DNA from: the human T2T-CHM13v2.0 reference genome, Homo sapiens | Reading direction: 5' to 3' (one strand) | Assembly (NCBI RefSeq): GCF_009914755.1 | Contig: NC_060934.1 | DNA: 64,000 nucleotides | In this document: piece after piece, positions 45,997-63,815 of the stretch | Layout: each line of letters opens with the position of its first letter | Numbering within the stretch: position 1 is the stretch's first letter | Translations under genes and position numbers: made by a program | Notes under the pieces: generated by a model | Told to the model about the DNA's origin: nothing | Database searches by the model: none | The model's input: only the letters and a program-made list of their open reading frames with translations

Positions 45997-46133
45997 CAGA
46001 AAACTAGGATTTTCATAGGGCTATCCTTCTGTGAGAAACGGAGCTAACATACAGGACTGGACTGCTGTCACATCGATTAACCCAAATCAGAGATCTTAGC
46101 CAGTATCAAGCTTTCCTAATAATTTCAAAGATC

Positions 46134-46473
46134 TGCAGAGAAATGAGGGGAAATGGGGCTAGAGGTGAAGTGAAAAAGTTAAGAGATTTCTGCTGAACTC
46201 TAGGAGAGAGATTGCAACTCCTTTTACTTGTCAGGATAGAATAGACTATGATATGATAACAACGCCAAGCTCTCAATTGCTTTACAAAACAAAGGTTTGT
46301 TTCTTGCCCATGAAATGCCCACTGTATATCTGGAGGGCCGTCTAGGACAGCTGTGCTGTGTGTGGTTTAAGGCTTTCAATGGTTCATTTTCTGTGTCGAC
46401 CTGACTGGGCTCAGGCATGCCCAGATAGCTGGTAAAACATAATTTCTGGTTATGTCAACAGACTCAGACAAAG
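46134..46473 (+). repeat. Dispersed direct duplicate of 51057-51434
   Basis: About 90% identity by eye, spanning L2/MLT1/MLT2 junctions. Confidence 0.92.
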
Positions 46474-47063
46474 CAGAGACAGGCTTGGGACATCAAGGGT
46501 GGACACCCCAGTCCTGTCTTCCCACACTGCACATGGCCCAGGATCGTAGGTGAGGTTTCTAGGTGAGGTCAGTGGGCTTCCTCACACAGCAGGAAACTTT
46601 AAATTGTTAAACGGTTTCTCTTTTAGACCCAGGGAGTTCCACAGCCTTTGAGCCATTCTCCAGGCAGTCCTGCCTCCTGGATCCTGGATTCCATTAACTT
46701 TAAGCAGGACCTCAGCCAGAGATCAGCCTGCTAGGGACACTCAATGGATGTGTCTCTTCCTCTAAGCAAATATCGTTAGTCTATTTACCCAGAGGCTCAG
46801 TGGAGAAACAGTTAAACCGGTTTACCTACCTTGGTTTCTTTATCCCCAGATCAAACTCCAACACCCCCAGGGAAGGGAAGGAATGGATTAGAGGCAGCTG
46901 TATAAACACTATTTCTAACATTAAAAGAAGCAGTGTGTGTGTGAGAGAGAGAGAAAGAGAATTATTATTAGGAAGAGAAAGTGAAAAACATGAAGGCAGG
47001 AAGACCGCTCACTGGGTCTTCCTTGTATAGGATTGGCATGTGGAAATCAGCAATACCTCTTAC

Positions 47064-47787
47064 TGAAACCATCTTTGAAAATTATAACTGAGGAAATTAT
47101 GACATGAAAGAAATCAGACCTAACTGACTACATCTTGCTTCTAATCTTTAAGCTGTCCTTGTTTATTCCTGGGTGTAGGCCGAGCTAACTTTGAGAAGGA
47201 ATTCAGTTCGTGGTTTGAGTCTGAAACAAAATTGATAATAGCGCTTTCCTGAAAGGACCCCCTTCTGCCAGGGGACCAGTCTGCCTTTGCAGGACTAACA
47301 AATTAGCTACAAGATTAGAAATTACAGTTTAGGGGTCATGCAGACTCTGGCTCCAAGAGTCTGAACCTCCCCATGTTGCTCCTGGGGATACCATCACTAT
47401 TGTAAAACCTAAGATCAGTACTTGAGATATTTTTCAGACCCTAGACTGGATGGATCAGCTGACACCCCCCAGACTCATAATCTGGCTCAGCCAGTTCTGC
47501 CATCCCACCCAGGAACAGAAGATGGCAAGAAAAACTCATTTCAACTCCCTGATTCGCTCCAGCCTGACCATCAGCACTCCCCACTGCCCAAGCGCCTACC
47601 CTCCAAATTATCTCTAAAAACTCTGATCCCCGATCCAACGCTCAGGGAGACTGATTTGAGTAATAAAACTCCGGTCTCCCACACAGCCAGCTCTGCGTGA
47701 ATTACTCTTTCTCCATTGCAATTCACCTGTCTTGATAAATCGGTTCTGTCTAGGCAGTGGGCAAGGTGAAACCACTGGGCGTTTACA
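47064..47787 (+). mobile_element. Solo LTR8 (ERV1)
   Basis: tgaaaccatctttgaaaattataactgaggaaattatgac...aataaaactccggtctccc...gggcgtttaca. TSD ttac/ttat. Confidence 0.85.
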
Positions 47788-48247
47788 TTATCCTGAACCA
47801 TCTTCAAATGTTGTCAGGCAAGCATAAAGCAAGATGAAACTCGGGTTATTTCCTTTCAGGGAGGTTACAGGCATAACCTCGTGTCCCTGCCCAACACACA
47901 CACATCCTTTGTCCAGCACCATTGGACTGGGCACCTTCTAGGAACAATCAGAGTCTCAGGCCACCAGTGCCTCTTCCATGTAGATGAGGCATGGAGCACT
48001 TGGATTTCCTTTTTTTGAAGGAGATGATGTAGCAAACCCTCTAAAATATAGGATTGTAAGCAGCGCAGGGGAAGCTGAGGGAGTGTCACAGCTGAGACTG
48101 GGGGGTAAATCGTTCACCTGGCTGAAATTGTAAGCACAATTTTGTACAAGTGTGTATTTTTCTAGGATAGCATTCAGAATACATATCATGTTCTCAAAAG
48201 GATTGGGGGCCTATAAAAGTTTAGCCAGTATAACTACATGGTGTTTT

Positions 48248-48713
48248 GAGGAGTTTTTTGGTTGATTTTAGAGACAGGATTTCGGTCTGTCACCCAGGCT
48301 GGACGAAGTGGTGCAGTCATAGCTCACTGCAGCCTTGAACTCCTGGGCTCAAGCAATTCTCCTTCCTCAACCTCCTGAGTAGCTGAAACTACAGACCTGA
48401 GCCACCACATTCAGCTAATTTTAAAAATTAGTTTTAGAGTCAGGGTCTTGCTCTGTCCCCTGGGCTGGAGTGCAAGTGGTGCCATCATAGCTCACTGCAA
48501 CCTTGAATTCCTGGGTTCAAACGATCCTCCTGGCTCCGCCTCTTGAGTAGCTGGGATTACAGGCACATGCCACCCAATTTTAATTATTTTTTGTAGAGAT
48601 GAGGGTTTTGCTATGTTGCTAAGCCTGGTCTGAAACTCCTGGCCTCAAGCAATCCTCTAGCCTCTGCCTCCCCAAGCACTGGGATTACAGCCATGAGCCA
48701 CCGCACCTGGCCC
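48248..48713 (-). mobile_element. Three-monomer AluJ-type element (left-right-right)
   Basis: Two right arms and one left arm within a single TSD, ctacatggt(g/a)tttt. Confidence 0.85.
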
Positions 48714-48960
48714 CTACATGGTATTTTTAACAAATGCGGATCCAGGGACAAATAAGTTGAGTCCCACTGCCAGGGTCTGACCCTGGTACACATTGTTTGG
48801 CCCCAGGTCCATCATGCTCATTAACAGGAGCTTCAGAGCCCAATGGTAAGCCTGAGAGTGAACAGTCTCATATTCCAAATGACTTCAGAGACACTGTCAG
48901 ACATTCTGAAAATAAAACCCTTGTTGTAAAAGGAAATTAAATGTGAAGAGTAGAACTTAC

Positions 48961-49050
48961 CCTTTCGTTTTGTTAGAGAAAGACTCAATGCCATATTGCA
49001 GATTTTTGCATTTCTCCGTCAGTTGGAGCGACTTCTCATTCAGATATGTG
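48961..49050 (-). CDS. ST8SIA6: ST8SIA6 coding exon (exon 3, 90 nt, phase 2-2): (S)TYLNEKSLQLTEKCKNLQYGIESFSNKTK(G), stem region
   Basis: Minus strand reads catgaaacag|CACATATCTG...ACGAAAGG|gtaagt, with canonical AG/GT and an open frame. The peptide matches ST8SIA6 as I recall it and joins in frame to 17943-18029. Confidence 0.96.
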
Positions 49051-49290
49051 CTGTTTCATGAAAGAGATTTTTAAAAAGATTGATTTAAAATGAGAGCTTA
49101 TAAGATATTGTTAACAAAAATCAGATTTAATTGATAAAGTGTGTCCAAATGAAGTCTCATCTTTACTCCATTATTGGATTTCTCCATGGAAAAGGAAATT
49201 AATATTTTCACCTCTGATGGGTCTAAATGAAAAAAAAAACAAAAAACTTACGCTGTAAAGTCAAACATAAGAGAACTCTATTTTGAAGAC

Positions 49291-49587
<297 letters not shown>

Positions 49588-49675
49588 TTTGAGGACTTTA
49601 TACTGGCAGGTTTTCATATTCTGAGGTTAGTATTTACAATGAACAAGTTATTTAATAGTTTTAATCACTGTGTGT

Positions 49676-49990
49676 TTATTTTATTTTTATTTATTTATTT
49701 ATTTATTTTTTAGATGGAGTGTTGCTCTGTCGCCCAGGCTGGAGTGCAGTGGTGCATCTCGACTCACTGCAAGCTCCGCCTCCCGGGTTCACGCCATTCT
49801 CCTGCCTCAGCCTCCCGAGTGGTGGGACTACAGGCGCCTGCCACCATGCCCGGCTAATTTTTTGTATTTTTTTAGTAGAGACGGGGTTTCAGCATGTTAG
49901 CCAGGATGGTCTCGATCTCCTGACCTCGTGATCCGCCTGCCTGGGCCTCCCAAAGTGCTGGGATTACAGGCGTGAGCCACCGCTCCCAGT
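49676..49990 (-). mobile_element. AluY
   Basis: AluY diagnostics, (TTTA)n tail. Confidence 0.95.
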
Positions 49991-50809
49991 CGCGTTTATT
50001 TTTAAAGGATGTTTTCTTCGGTAGAAAATATGCAGACATAGGAGATCATTAACTCTCTCCATAATGAACACAAATCTGGCCTTTGATTATTCTGATAGCT
50101 GCAATATACTGGCCTGGTGCTATTTGTTTTATAAACTTTGAAAATTGGAGGTGGAACAAAAGAAAAAAAATCTGAAGTCAGGTTAAGGACATGGGTTACA
50201 AAGTTAGCCTGCCTAATGAGCCTCAGGGACATAGGCATGTTATTTAACCCACTCCAGGCATAGACTTCCATATTTCTAAATCAAGGATAATTGTGCTTAC
50301 CTCATAGTGTTATTGCCATGATATATATATGCTAAGGAAACAATGTAAACCACTTGTAACATGCGTCACATATATTAAGTGCTCAAAAAAAAATCAACTA
50401 TCTCTTTCCTTAGACTTAAAAAATATATATGCAACTCTAACTTGCTGTTAATGCATTTATTTCATCATCCTGAAGGTATTCGTTGATAGCCTAATATGGG
50501 TTGGGCCCACACACAGGTTATTTAGGACAGAGAGGAAGAGAAAATAGACATGGTCTTATTCCCTAATGGAGCTTGCAGTCTGAATAAGGAGAAAGGTATC
50601 AATCAACAAATAACCAAACAAATGAATATAGAATTATGAACCGTGATTGGTTATGGTTGAACCAGAGTAGGTGGCTCAGAAGAGTAGGTCTCTACTCACA
50701 CTGAGGGGTCAGAGGAGGCCTCCAAGTGAGTGTCATTTAGATGGAGACACCCAAGGATGATCCAAACAAAGTGGGTAGTGCGTTCAAGGCAGAGGAAAAA
50801 GTGTGTGCA

Positions 50810-50965
50810 GGCCAGGCCCAGTGGCTCACACCTCTAGTCCCAGCACTTTGGGGAGCTGAGGCAGGTAAATCACTTGAGCCCAGGAGTCCAAGGCCTCAGT
50901 GACCATGATCGGGCCACTGCACTCCAGCCTGGGTGACAGAGTAAGACTCTGTCTCAAAAAAATAA
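50810..50965 (+). mobile_element. Alu monomer (FRAM-like)
   Basis: Single monomer, flanked by tgtgca. Confidence 0.85.
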
Positions 50966-51300
50966 ATGTGCAATGGTTCCAAAATGGGGAGCAGCCTGGA
51001 TTATCTGAGGAAATAAAAAGATAATAGGATTCAAGGTTGAAGAGCCATGGGGTGATTGCAGAGAAATGAGGAGAAATGGGGCAAGAGAGGAAGTGAAAAA
51101 GTTAGGAGGTTTCTGCAGGACTCTAGGAGAGAGCTGATGGCAACTCCTTTTGCTTGTCAGGATAGAATAGACTATGATGTGATAACAACGTCAAGCTCTC
51201 AGTTGCTTTACAAAACAAAGGTTTGTTTCTTGCCGATGAAATGCCCACTGTATGTCTGGAGGCCCGTCTAGGGCAGCTGTGCTCCATGTGGTTTAGGGCT

Positions 51301-51816
51301 TGTGATGGTTCATTTTCTGTGTCAACTTGATTGGGCAAAGGGGTGCCCAGATAACTGGTAAAACATGATTTCTGGGTGTGATGTGAAGGTATTTCTGGAA
51401 CAGATGAGTATTTGAATCAACAGACTGAGTAAAGGCTGCCCTCACCAGTGTGGGTGGGCAGCATCCAATCTGCTGAGCACTTGGATAGAACAAAAAAGTG
51501 GAGGAAGGGTGAGTTCACTCTCTCTTCTTGAGCTGGGACGTCGTTTTCTCCTGCCCTTGGACATCGGTGCTCCTGGTTCTAGGACCTTCATATTCAGACT
51601 GGGACTTACACTGTTGGCCCCATGGTTTCCATCAAAGTCTCCTCAGCCTTTGGGCTTAGACTGAGCTACGCCACTGGCTTTCCTGGGGCTCCAGCTTGGA
51701 GAAGGCAGGTCATGGGACTTCTCAGCCTCCCCTAATTATGGGAGCTAATCCCTCGTAATAAATCTCTTGCTATCTCTCTATTGTTTCTGTTTTTCTAGAG
51801 AACTCTGACTAATACA
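51301..51816 (+). mobile_element. MLT2-type ERVL LTR nested in an MLT1 (about 51150-52070) within L2
   Basis: tgtgatggttcattttctgtgtcaacttga...ctgactaataca. TSD gggct/gggat. Confidence 0.85.
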
Positions 51817-53401
51817 GGGATCCAAATTGCTTCAGTCTTGTGGCACCTTCATTTCAATAAGCTGCTTCTATAATTGATGTGGCAGGAGAAGAACATGCTG
51901 GAAGGTCTTGCCCTGTATCCAAATGTTTGAACCAGAATTACAATGCATCATTAGCCAGAGCTGGTCACATGCCCCACCTGATTGCAACGTGGGAGTCAGA
52001 AATGAGCCACCCTCCTGTGTCCCCAGAGAGGAGATCTGACACAGGTGTAACTGGAGACTTCAGCACACCTGTGTCCATCGGCAGGCAGAGAAGTGGACAG
52101 ATTTGAGATCCATTCTAGAGGCAAGACTGACAGGACTTCCTAGGAGATTGGATGTGGGAAGTGAGGGATAGGAAGGCATAAAGGTAAAGAAATAAACAAG
52201 ACAGATTCATAAGTAATTCTCCAATATTTCTCAGAAATCCTTTCTAAAAACTGCCTGCAGAGTACACATGGGCTCACAAAAGTCCCTCTTAATCCTGATA
52301 GAATTTATCTCCCCCGCCACTTCCTTCCCAATTCCCTCTAATTCATTCTCCACGCATCACCTTCTGTGCTTTCTGAATGTATTATACTGTCCAAGGATTT
52401 GTTTATTTCCCATTTGCCTTGTATTTTATGCAGGCAGGACTGTTAATGAAGTGAATTACCAAGCCAGCAATGCTTTGAATTACGATGGCGTTGCAGTATT
52501 GAATTGTGAAACTGTGACCAGTAGGCACCAATAGGATTGTGTCTCCTATGCCTCTTCTTAAATCAGAGAGGGTATCTTTTTAAATAAAAACTCAGAATAG
52601 GTTTAGTTGCGCAAACTAAAATCACAGAAGATACGTGGAAACAAATGAGAGGATCTGGGATAGAAGTGAAGGTGACGGAATGAAGTCTTGGGGACCAAAC
52701 AGGGTCTTCAGAGTCAGCAAGGCCAGTCTCTGAATCTGGGCTCCACTCTCTGACTTTAGCTCTTGAGCTTTGGGATTGCCTTTAAGAAAAAAAAAAAAAA
52801 AATCCTTACCCAATAAAGGAATTTTAGGAATTTAATGGGATGTATATAAAAACACCTGACAAGCAGAAGTCAGTAAATAGATGTGTTCTTACTCTCTCAA
52901 AGTCATTATTGCTTTATTTCCTCAAATCAGTCATTGTTATTGCCATAGAGGTAGGAAGCATCTCACACTGGTAAGAAGTCACCCAGTAATGAAAGGTACA
53001 GACAGAGAAGCCCTTTTAGTTATCTTTGCTTCTGTACCTTCCCTGTCCCCTCCTTTTCATTTCAAGAGTCTTCAGAGTTTTCTTCCTTTTTTCATCTAAT
53101 GTCATTCAAACTTGCTCCAGAAAGAGACCTTCTCAATTCTGGGATAAGAGAGGACACTAGCTGTGAGCAGATCCCATCTAAGAGGTTGGGGCACACCACA
53201 AGTGAAGACGTTGGGTTGAGTCCTTTTTTAAAAAATGCTGATTTGGGAACATCTCTCAGACAAGTCATAGGGGATTGAGAGAAATTGATCCAGGTGAAAG
53301 TAGGAATTGCAAAGACTCTAAACCAGGAACAACATCGTGGCACAAGAGATAGCTGCAAGACAAGCGTGGGCTGATTTGTAAGCCCAGGAAGGATTACTGG
53401 G

Positions 53402-53735
53402 TGATGTGGTTTGGCTGTGTCCCCACCCATATCTCATCTTGAATTATAGCTTTCACAATTCCCACGTGTTGTGGGAAGGACCCTGTCGGAGATAATTGAA
53501 TCACGGGGGGCAGTTTCCCCCATACTGTTCTCATGGTAGTGAATAAGTCTGATGGTTTTATAAGGGGAAACCCCATTTGCTTGATTCTCATTCTCTCTCT
53601 TGTCTACCACCAAGTAAGACATGCCTTTCACCTCCCCAGCCACGTGGAACTGTGAGTCCATTAAATGTCTTTTTCTTTATGAATTACCCAGTCTCGGGTA
53701 TATCTTTATTAGCAGCATGAAAATTGACTAATATA
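53402..53735 (+). mobile_element. THE1 (MaLR) solo LTR
   Basis: tgatgtggtttggctgtgtccccaccc...gactaatata. TSD ctggg/ctggg. Confidence 0.92.
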
Positions 53736-54030
53736 CTGGGGATCATATCACATCCTGCTGCAGGAGAACTCCTTTCCAGGTAGAAGTCCAGCATATGAAT
53801 GCAGAGGGACCCACCTAAAACTAACCAAGTTAGAAGTCTGAGCAGTTGAGTCTAGGGACAGAAAAAGAAGAGGACTCAGTAGGGTTGCCAGGCAAACTCT
53901 AAGAACCAAAACCCTGAAGCCAGGCTCTTACAGGCTCAAAGTATGAATTCTGTTTCTGTGAATTCTGAGACAAAAAAAAAATTTTTTTAATTTTATTCTA
54001 ATTTTCTGTTGAAAGCACTTCTTAAAAACT

Positions 54031-54320
<290 letters not shown>

Positions 54321-55655
54321 TCATACCAGAATTAGCTGAAATAGAAAAAATGACCTGTTCACATCAGAACTGCCAAACTATACAGTTGAGAGCGCCCCCA
54401 AAGAGATAAGTTATGGGAGAGACCATGGCGACCCTCATGGTGTTCTGCTAGAGCTCTGTAGTCGGGTTAGCATGAGAAGCCTCCGACCCATGAGTGGAGA
54501 TGGCTCTAACTGTTCTGCCAATACTTCTCTAATTGCTTCATTAGAAGATCACAATCTCTGTTCACATGTCACTGTGCAAGATTATTTTTCTGCCCACTTG
54601 TAGCATTTGTCACATCTTGACAGCCCTCTCAATTCCCTGATCCACTGACATCTTGTCACCTGGCAAATCTGCCATAATGTAGCAATACAGCCCCTGGCAT
54701 CCTATATTCCTATACCTGACTCATGAGGAGTGCTGGAAAAAAAATCATGCGGGTGGTTTGGTGCCTTGGTAAATTCATAGTGTCCAATTTGTAGGGCCTT
54801 TTATATACCTTGGCAATTCTATTACATGCCCAGTTCCCTCCATGGCTACACTAGGCATCCACTGTTTCTTATTGTCTTTGCCTATTCTCTGGACTCCTAA
54901 CTTCTCATTTAACTGTGCTCCTTTTTCAGAGAAACATGGTGCAGCTGGGTGAGCATTGGCCTGTAAATACAAGCCACCCTGACTTTCCTTCTCAGAGAAA
55001 GAAATGCCTCCCCTCTCACAAAAGAATAATCCACCTGCCATCACATCCCTCTCTATCTCCTCTGAGATCCAGCCCATCCCTTGATTTTTCTCTCTCCTGA
55101 ATATTTCCCCTTTCCCTACCACAGTCCTTTCCCAGCTCAATTCCATCTCAAAATCAAAAACAAACGAAATCACCCATTCTGCTGTGTTCCTCCATCTATT
55201 GCCTTACCTTTCATTCAAAGTGCAACCAACTCTTGTCCTTTTTCTTTACCTGAAAATCCACTAAACCATTCTTGGAAAGCATCACCAAGTCCAAGAGCTA
55301 TTTCAACATTTGCCATTTGACCCCTGAGGGTATTTGAACCACTGACAACTCACTTAGTACCTGGCTTCCACCACAGTCCTCTCTTCTTGTCCTTTGACCT
55401 CTGACTACTACTCAGGGTCCTTTCGCAGTTTCTTTCTTGGGCCAGTGCATAAGAGTGGGTGTTTCCCATGAGTCTTCTTTTTCTGATGTGAATTTAAAGT
55501 AAGTGGCTGGTATTCAGTTTACTGGTGTTCCCCCATACACTGCCTCCATGTCTCATGTCTTAGCCTGCTGGCTTCCTGTAAACATCTCTGCCAACCTTTT
55601 TCTCCTTCAGCTCCATCCTCATTTTCTCCGCGAGGGGTTGTGTCGTTTGCAAATT

Positions 55656-55978
<323 letters not shown>

Positions 55979-56476
55979 TGATCACATCATTTCCCTGCTC
56001 AAAGACCTTCCATCCCCATCGCTCTTGAGATGTGCTCCGTACTCCTTATTAACTGGGCATGCAAAGCCATCCACCACCTGGCCCCTGCCTGCATTTGTTA
56101 ACCATTAATTGGTACACATTTCCCTTTTTTAATTCCTTCCAGTCTTATATTATGGCTTCTGGCTGCTTTTATTATTTGATTACAGAATTTGTTTGGTACT
56201 GGCAACCAAGACTTTAGGCATGTTTTCATCACTTCAGTATGTTGCGGGGGGGAAATCTTTAAAAAGGTTGGAAAAAAAAGATACACAAAAACAAGCAGTT
56301 CTGCTATCACTGTTATCCACATATGGTTGATATACTTTTAAAAAATTATATCTGTATAAGTCATTCTTGAATTGAAAGTGATCACTTTACAAGCCCCACT
56401 GACAAGATTCCACAGAATAGCCAAAAGCTTAGAGACTACAATGGCTACTGCCAAGTAAGAAAAATTAAGACTCTGG

Positions 56477-56819
<343 letters not shown>

Positions 56820-57535
56820 CTATTCAATCCCTACAAAATAATGCCATCAGTGCTTACCGATCATCCACAAAGACCTCTAAAACATAGAATTAATGTCACC
56901 CTCTGTATATGACTCGTAATTAATACAATCATGCAATCGGTCCCCTGGCCAAGTAAAACATCCCAAAGAATAATCTGCAAATGGGCAACAAAGGAGTTTC
57001 AAGAATATCCCAAATTCTATTTACAATGACTATACAGGGGCTAAAACTGGATTGTGAATTTAAATGTAAAGCTTAAAACCAAATCAATGTTACTCTCTCT
57101 GAAGAAAGAATGTTTTAACAGACAGGGAATATTATCAAAGAACAGAAAGCCCAAAGGGTTATACAGTTCTTTCCATATACTTAGAAACACTCTGTCCTCA
57201 TTCTAGGGATGAGGAGCCAGGAGAGCACCCTAGCCACCAGCATCCTGAGCACTGTAGAGGGATGTAACAGGCTGACCTGCCCCTGGGACAGAGGCCACAG
57301 TAATTAGCTGTGCACCAACTTCCAGCTCATTAAGCAAACTTCTAATTGTAATGTAGCCACCGCCCCTGCAACACACATACACCATGTAGTTTTCCTGAGG
57401 GAGAAAGGCAAGCATCGTAGTCTACTGCATGGTTTGAATACTCTTTTTAATTAACAAATTAATATTCTGATTTATAAATCGTCTTGTATGAATCTGTTTA
57501 ACAAAAGTCTGCCTTTGTATATCCATTGTACTTAG

Positions 57536-57633
57536 GAACTGACAAAATCAAGTCACGGCGCCTACAAAGATGAGGGGCAGATTCTGGCTGCCTTTTAATT
57601 TCGTCCTTCACCTGATATCTGTGCCAGAGAATG
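57536..57633 (+). ncRNA. ST8SIA6-AS1: Probable internal exon (98 nt) of ST8SIA6-AS1
   Basis: Branch-like tttaac at about 57497, acceptor gcctttgtatatccattgtacttag|, donor ATG|GTAAGT, in unique sequence. Confidence 0.55.
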
Positions 57634-58052
57634 GTAAGTTCTGGAGATAAAACAAGGTAGAAAACAGTTTCTTTGCTGCCTTGAAGCAAACAGCCTGGTG
57701 GGGATGACAGACAAGTAAACACACAATTACCATCTGAGCTTGCAGAATGAAAGCCGGCTATCTTCCATAATCATATTAATTTCAAGAAACCATGATTCTA
57801 TGTTTTGGTGAATGCCATTTAATTCAAAATAGAGGAACTTTTCTTAAAATGACTTCATAGAACTTCATTCTTTTATACACAAACATTGCAGGCAGCTTAA
57901 AATTGCAAAAATGTCTGCAAATAGTATCTGCTTAGTTGGCTTTTATTTGCCTTCAGTTACCCTCAATGAAGATTAATTAGCTAGCTCTCTGCTTCTGAGT
58001 CAGTTACCATAATGTATTTTGCCCTCCTACCATAGTTGCAAGATAGTTTTCA

Positions 58053-58420
<368 letters not shown>

Positions 58421-58681
58421 TTACTCATAATGAGGGAAGCAGTTCAAAGGAGAATGCAGAGCACCACCACCTTTGCAGATCAGGAATATTGAGGTGAATT
58501 TGCCAGTAAAAGAACTGGCAAAGTGAGGGGCAGGGTGAGTCATTAGGACCTCTATCATGCAGGACATAATTTGCATATTTATGGACAAGAATTATTTTGC
58601 ATTGCTATCAGTTAACTGCAACTTGGAGTTATAAAATAGCTCCCACAGGATCAGAATCAGACACTCAGAGGTGTGTGATCT

Positions 58682-61380
<2,699 letters not shown>

Positions 61381-61938
61381 TCAAAGAAGTATGTGATCTC
61401 AACAGTGCAAACCTATCCACTGTGGCACAAAATTTTCCCTACACCATGAACACTATCACTGCCCATCACTCTAATGTTAAGGGAAGGATTCACAGGAATG
61501 AACCTCACAGACTCACTTCTTCTGAATTTCAGTCTCCCTCCACCCCACAGATTACCCCAAACAGGGAAACAGATGGACCTGGCTCAGGCGTGAGTCCTTT
61601 GGGCAGTCAAAGTATTGGCTTGCCTCAGTTGCCTGAAGTGGGAGTTATCAAAAGGACAGATTTGATATGGAGATTTATAAAAACCTCAAATTCAGTGTGC
61701 AAAAGTGGGACCCTAATTAGGAAATGGTGTCTTTAGGCGAGTAGAGAGAAAATAAAATAGAAACAGATTGAAAACAAGTTGCAAACATGAGCATCTGTGC
61801 CTCATTTCACTGGTCCAGAAGTGACAGGTCCTTGGCTGTGGGAAGCAAGCCTAAAAGTGTAGAGTCAGTGTGGAATTCACCCACAGTACAGTGTTTCTGT
61901 CTTTTTTAACCGACTTCCAACGATATTCTCTTACTCTA

Positions 61939-62048
61939 GGCTGGTCTGAAGGTAGTGAGTTATCTCAATTGATTGTTCACCGTCAGTTACAGATTGAATT
62001 CCTCATTCTACTCTTTTTCCCCTTCTCATTACTGCACTTGTCTGGTCT
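61939..62048 (+). pseudogene. Y1 RNA (RNY1-derived) retropseudogene
   Basis: GGCTGGTCTGAAGGTAGTGAGTTATCTCAATTGATTGTTCACCGTCAGTTACAGATTGAA...ACTGCACTTG matches hY1 along its full length. TSD tcttactcta at 61929-61938 and 62064-62073. Confidence 0.93.
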
Positions 62049-62211
62049 AATATACATATCTTTTCTTACTCTAAACAGCTAAGATTATTTTGACCTCTCT
62101 TTAGTGTGCCTTGAATTTGAAAATCTTGGATACGCTAAGTATTTTTTAATATTAATATCCACATTCCCTGATGTAAGAATCCTTATATGCCATCTTAGTT
62201 AAGAATGAAGG

Positions 62212-62596
<385 letters not shown>

Positions 62597-62862
62597 TCAT
62601 CTCATTTCATTTACTTCTCACATTGAACATACAGGTTAGATACTAGGTCTATTTTATAAACTGAGGAAATTGAGACACTGGAAGATTAAATAACATACCC
62701 GAAGTCGCTGTCCGAGTTGGAAGTGGAGTGGAGTTTTGAACTCAGACGTTACGCCATTCTACCTCCCTCATAGGGGAAAATTTGCCCTTCAATGGAGAAC
62801 CACCTCATTGTCCACAGCACCAGCAGCCCCTCCATTGTATCGAATTCTGAGTCTATGGGAGC

Positions 62863-63311
62863 TGACAAAGATGTTCTCCTTAACCAAGCTACCCCAGTTC
62901 TTTTTCAACAAGCCCTCATCCTTGGACACAGCCTCAAGAGCTCATCTTAGCAAAGATGTTACTAAGTCAGTTTGGCCAGAATCCCCTATGCTTAATATCT
63001 GACCATCTTTGATTTCTGATAAAATTCTTCATCCCTCACCATGCCCTAGGTGATGTCTGATCACCCTAGTCAGCCTTACCCAGAATTGCACCTTACCTCT
63101 GATGTTTCCTCGTAGTGATTTTCCATCCACTGACCCCGCTGCGCTGCTCCTTGCCTATAAATCCCCACCTTTCCTTGTATTCGAAGTTGACCCCAATCTC
63201 TCTTTCCTACTGCAAACCTCATTGCAGTAGTCTCTACACCTACCACAATAGTCCTGAATAAATTCTGCCATACTGTTTTAACGAGTGTCATGAATACTTT
63301 CTTCTTTAACT
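62863..63311 (+). mobile_element. MER31-like ERV1 solo LTR
   Basis: tgacaaagatgttctcctt...cctataaatcccc...aataaattc...tttaac. TSD gagc/gagc. Confidence 0.7.
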
Positions 63312-63580
63312 GAGCTATTTTGCAATTCTATAAATTGTGCATAACTGATAACAGTACAAAATAATTCTTATCCATAGGTATGCAAATGAATTGTGTCCAG
63401 GGGAGAGGCAACTCTCCCTCTCCCACACCACAAGGAAAAAGTAGTTCTGCCTCCATTGACACACTCAGCTCAATAGTTCTGATCTATACATGTAAATGTA
63501 TCTATTCTGTGGATTCTCCTTTGAACTGGTTATAACACCTTTCCAGTTTTCTCACTGATAATTTAAATTAAATCTTTACG

Positions 63581-63815
63581 GTTGAGCCCAGGAGTTCGAA
63601 AGCAGCCTGAGCAAAATTTCAAGAACTCACCTTTATAAAAAAACTTTAAAAAATAGCCAGGCATGGTAGTACCTGCCTGTAGTCCTAGCTACTCCAGAAG
63701 CTGAGACAGGAGGATTGCCTGAGCCCAGGAGTTCAAGCCTGCAGTGAGCCACGATCACACCACTGAAATCCTGGGCAACAGTGAGACCCTGTCTAAAAAA
63801 TAAAAAATAAAATAA
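63581..63815 (+). mobile_element. 5'-truncated AluJ
   Basis: ttgagcccaggagttc in both arms. Confidence 0.88.

Noticed and set aside
54385-54405. CTCF-like gagcgccccca
   Set aside because: Only the GGGGGCGC half matches; the CC..AG part is absent.
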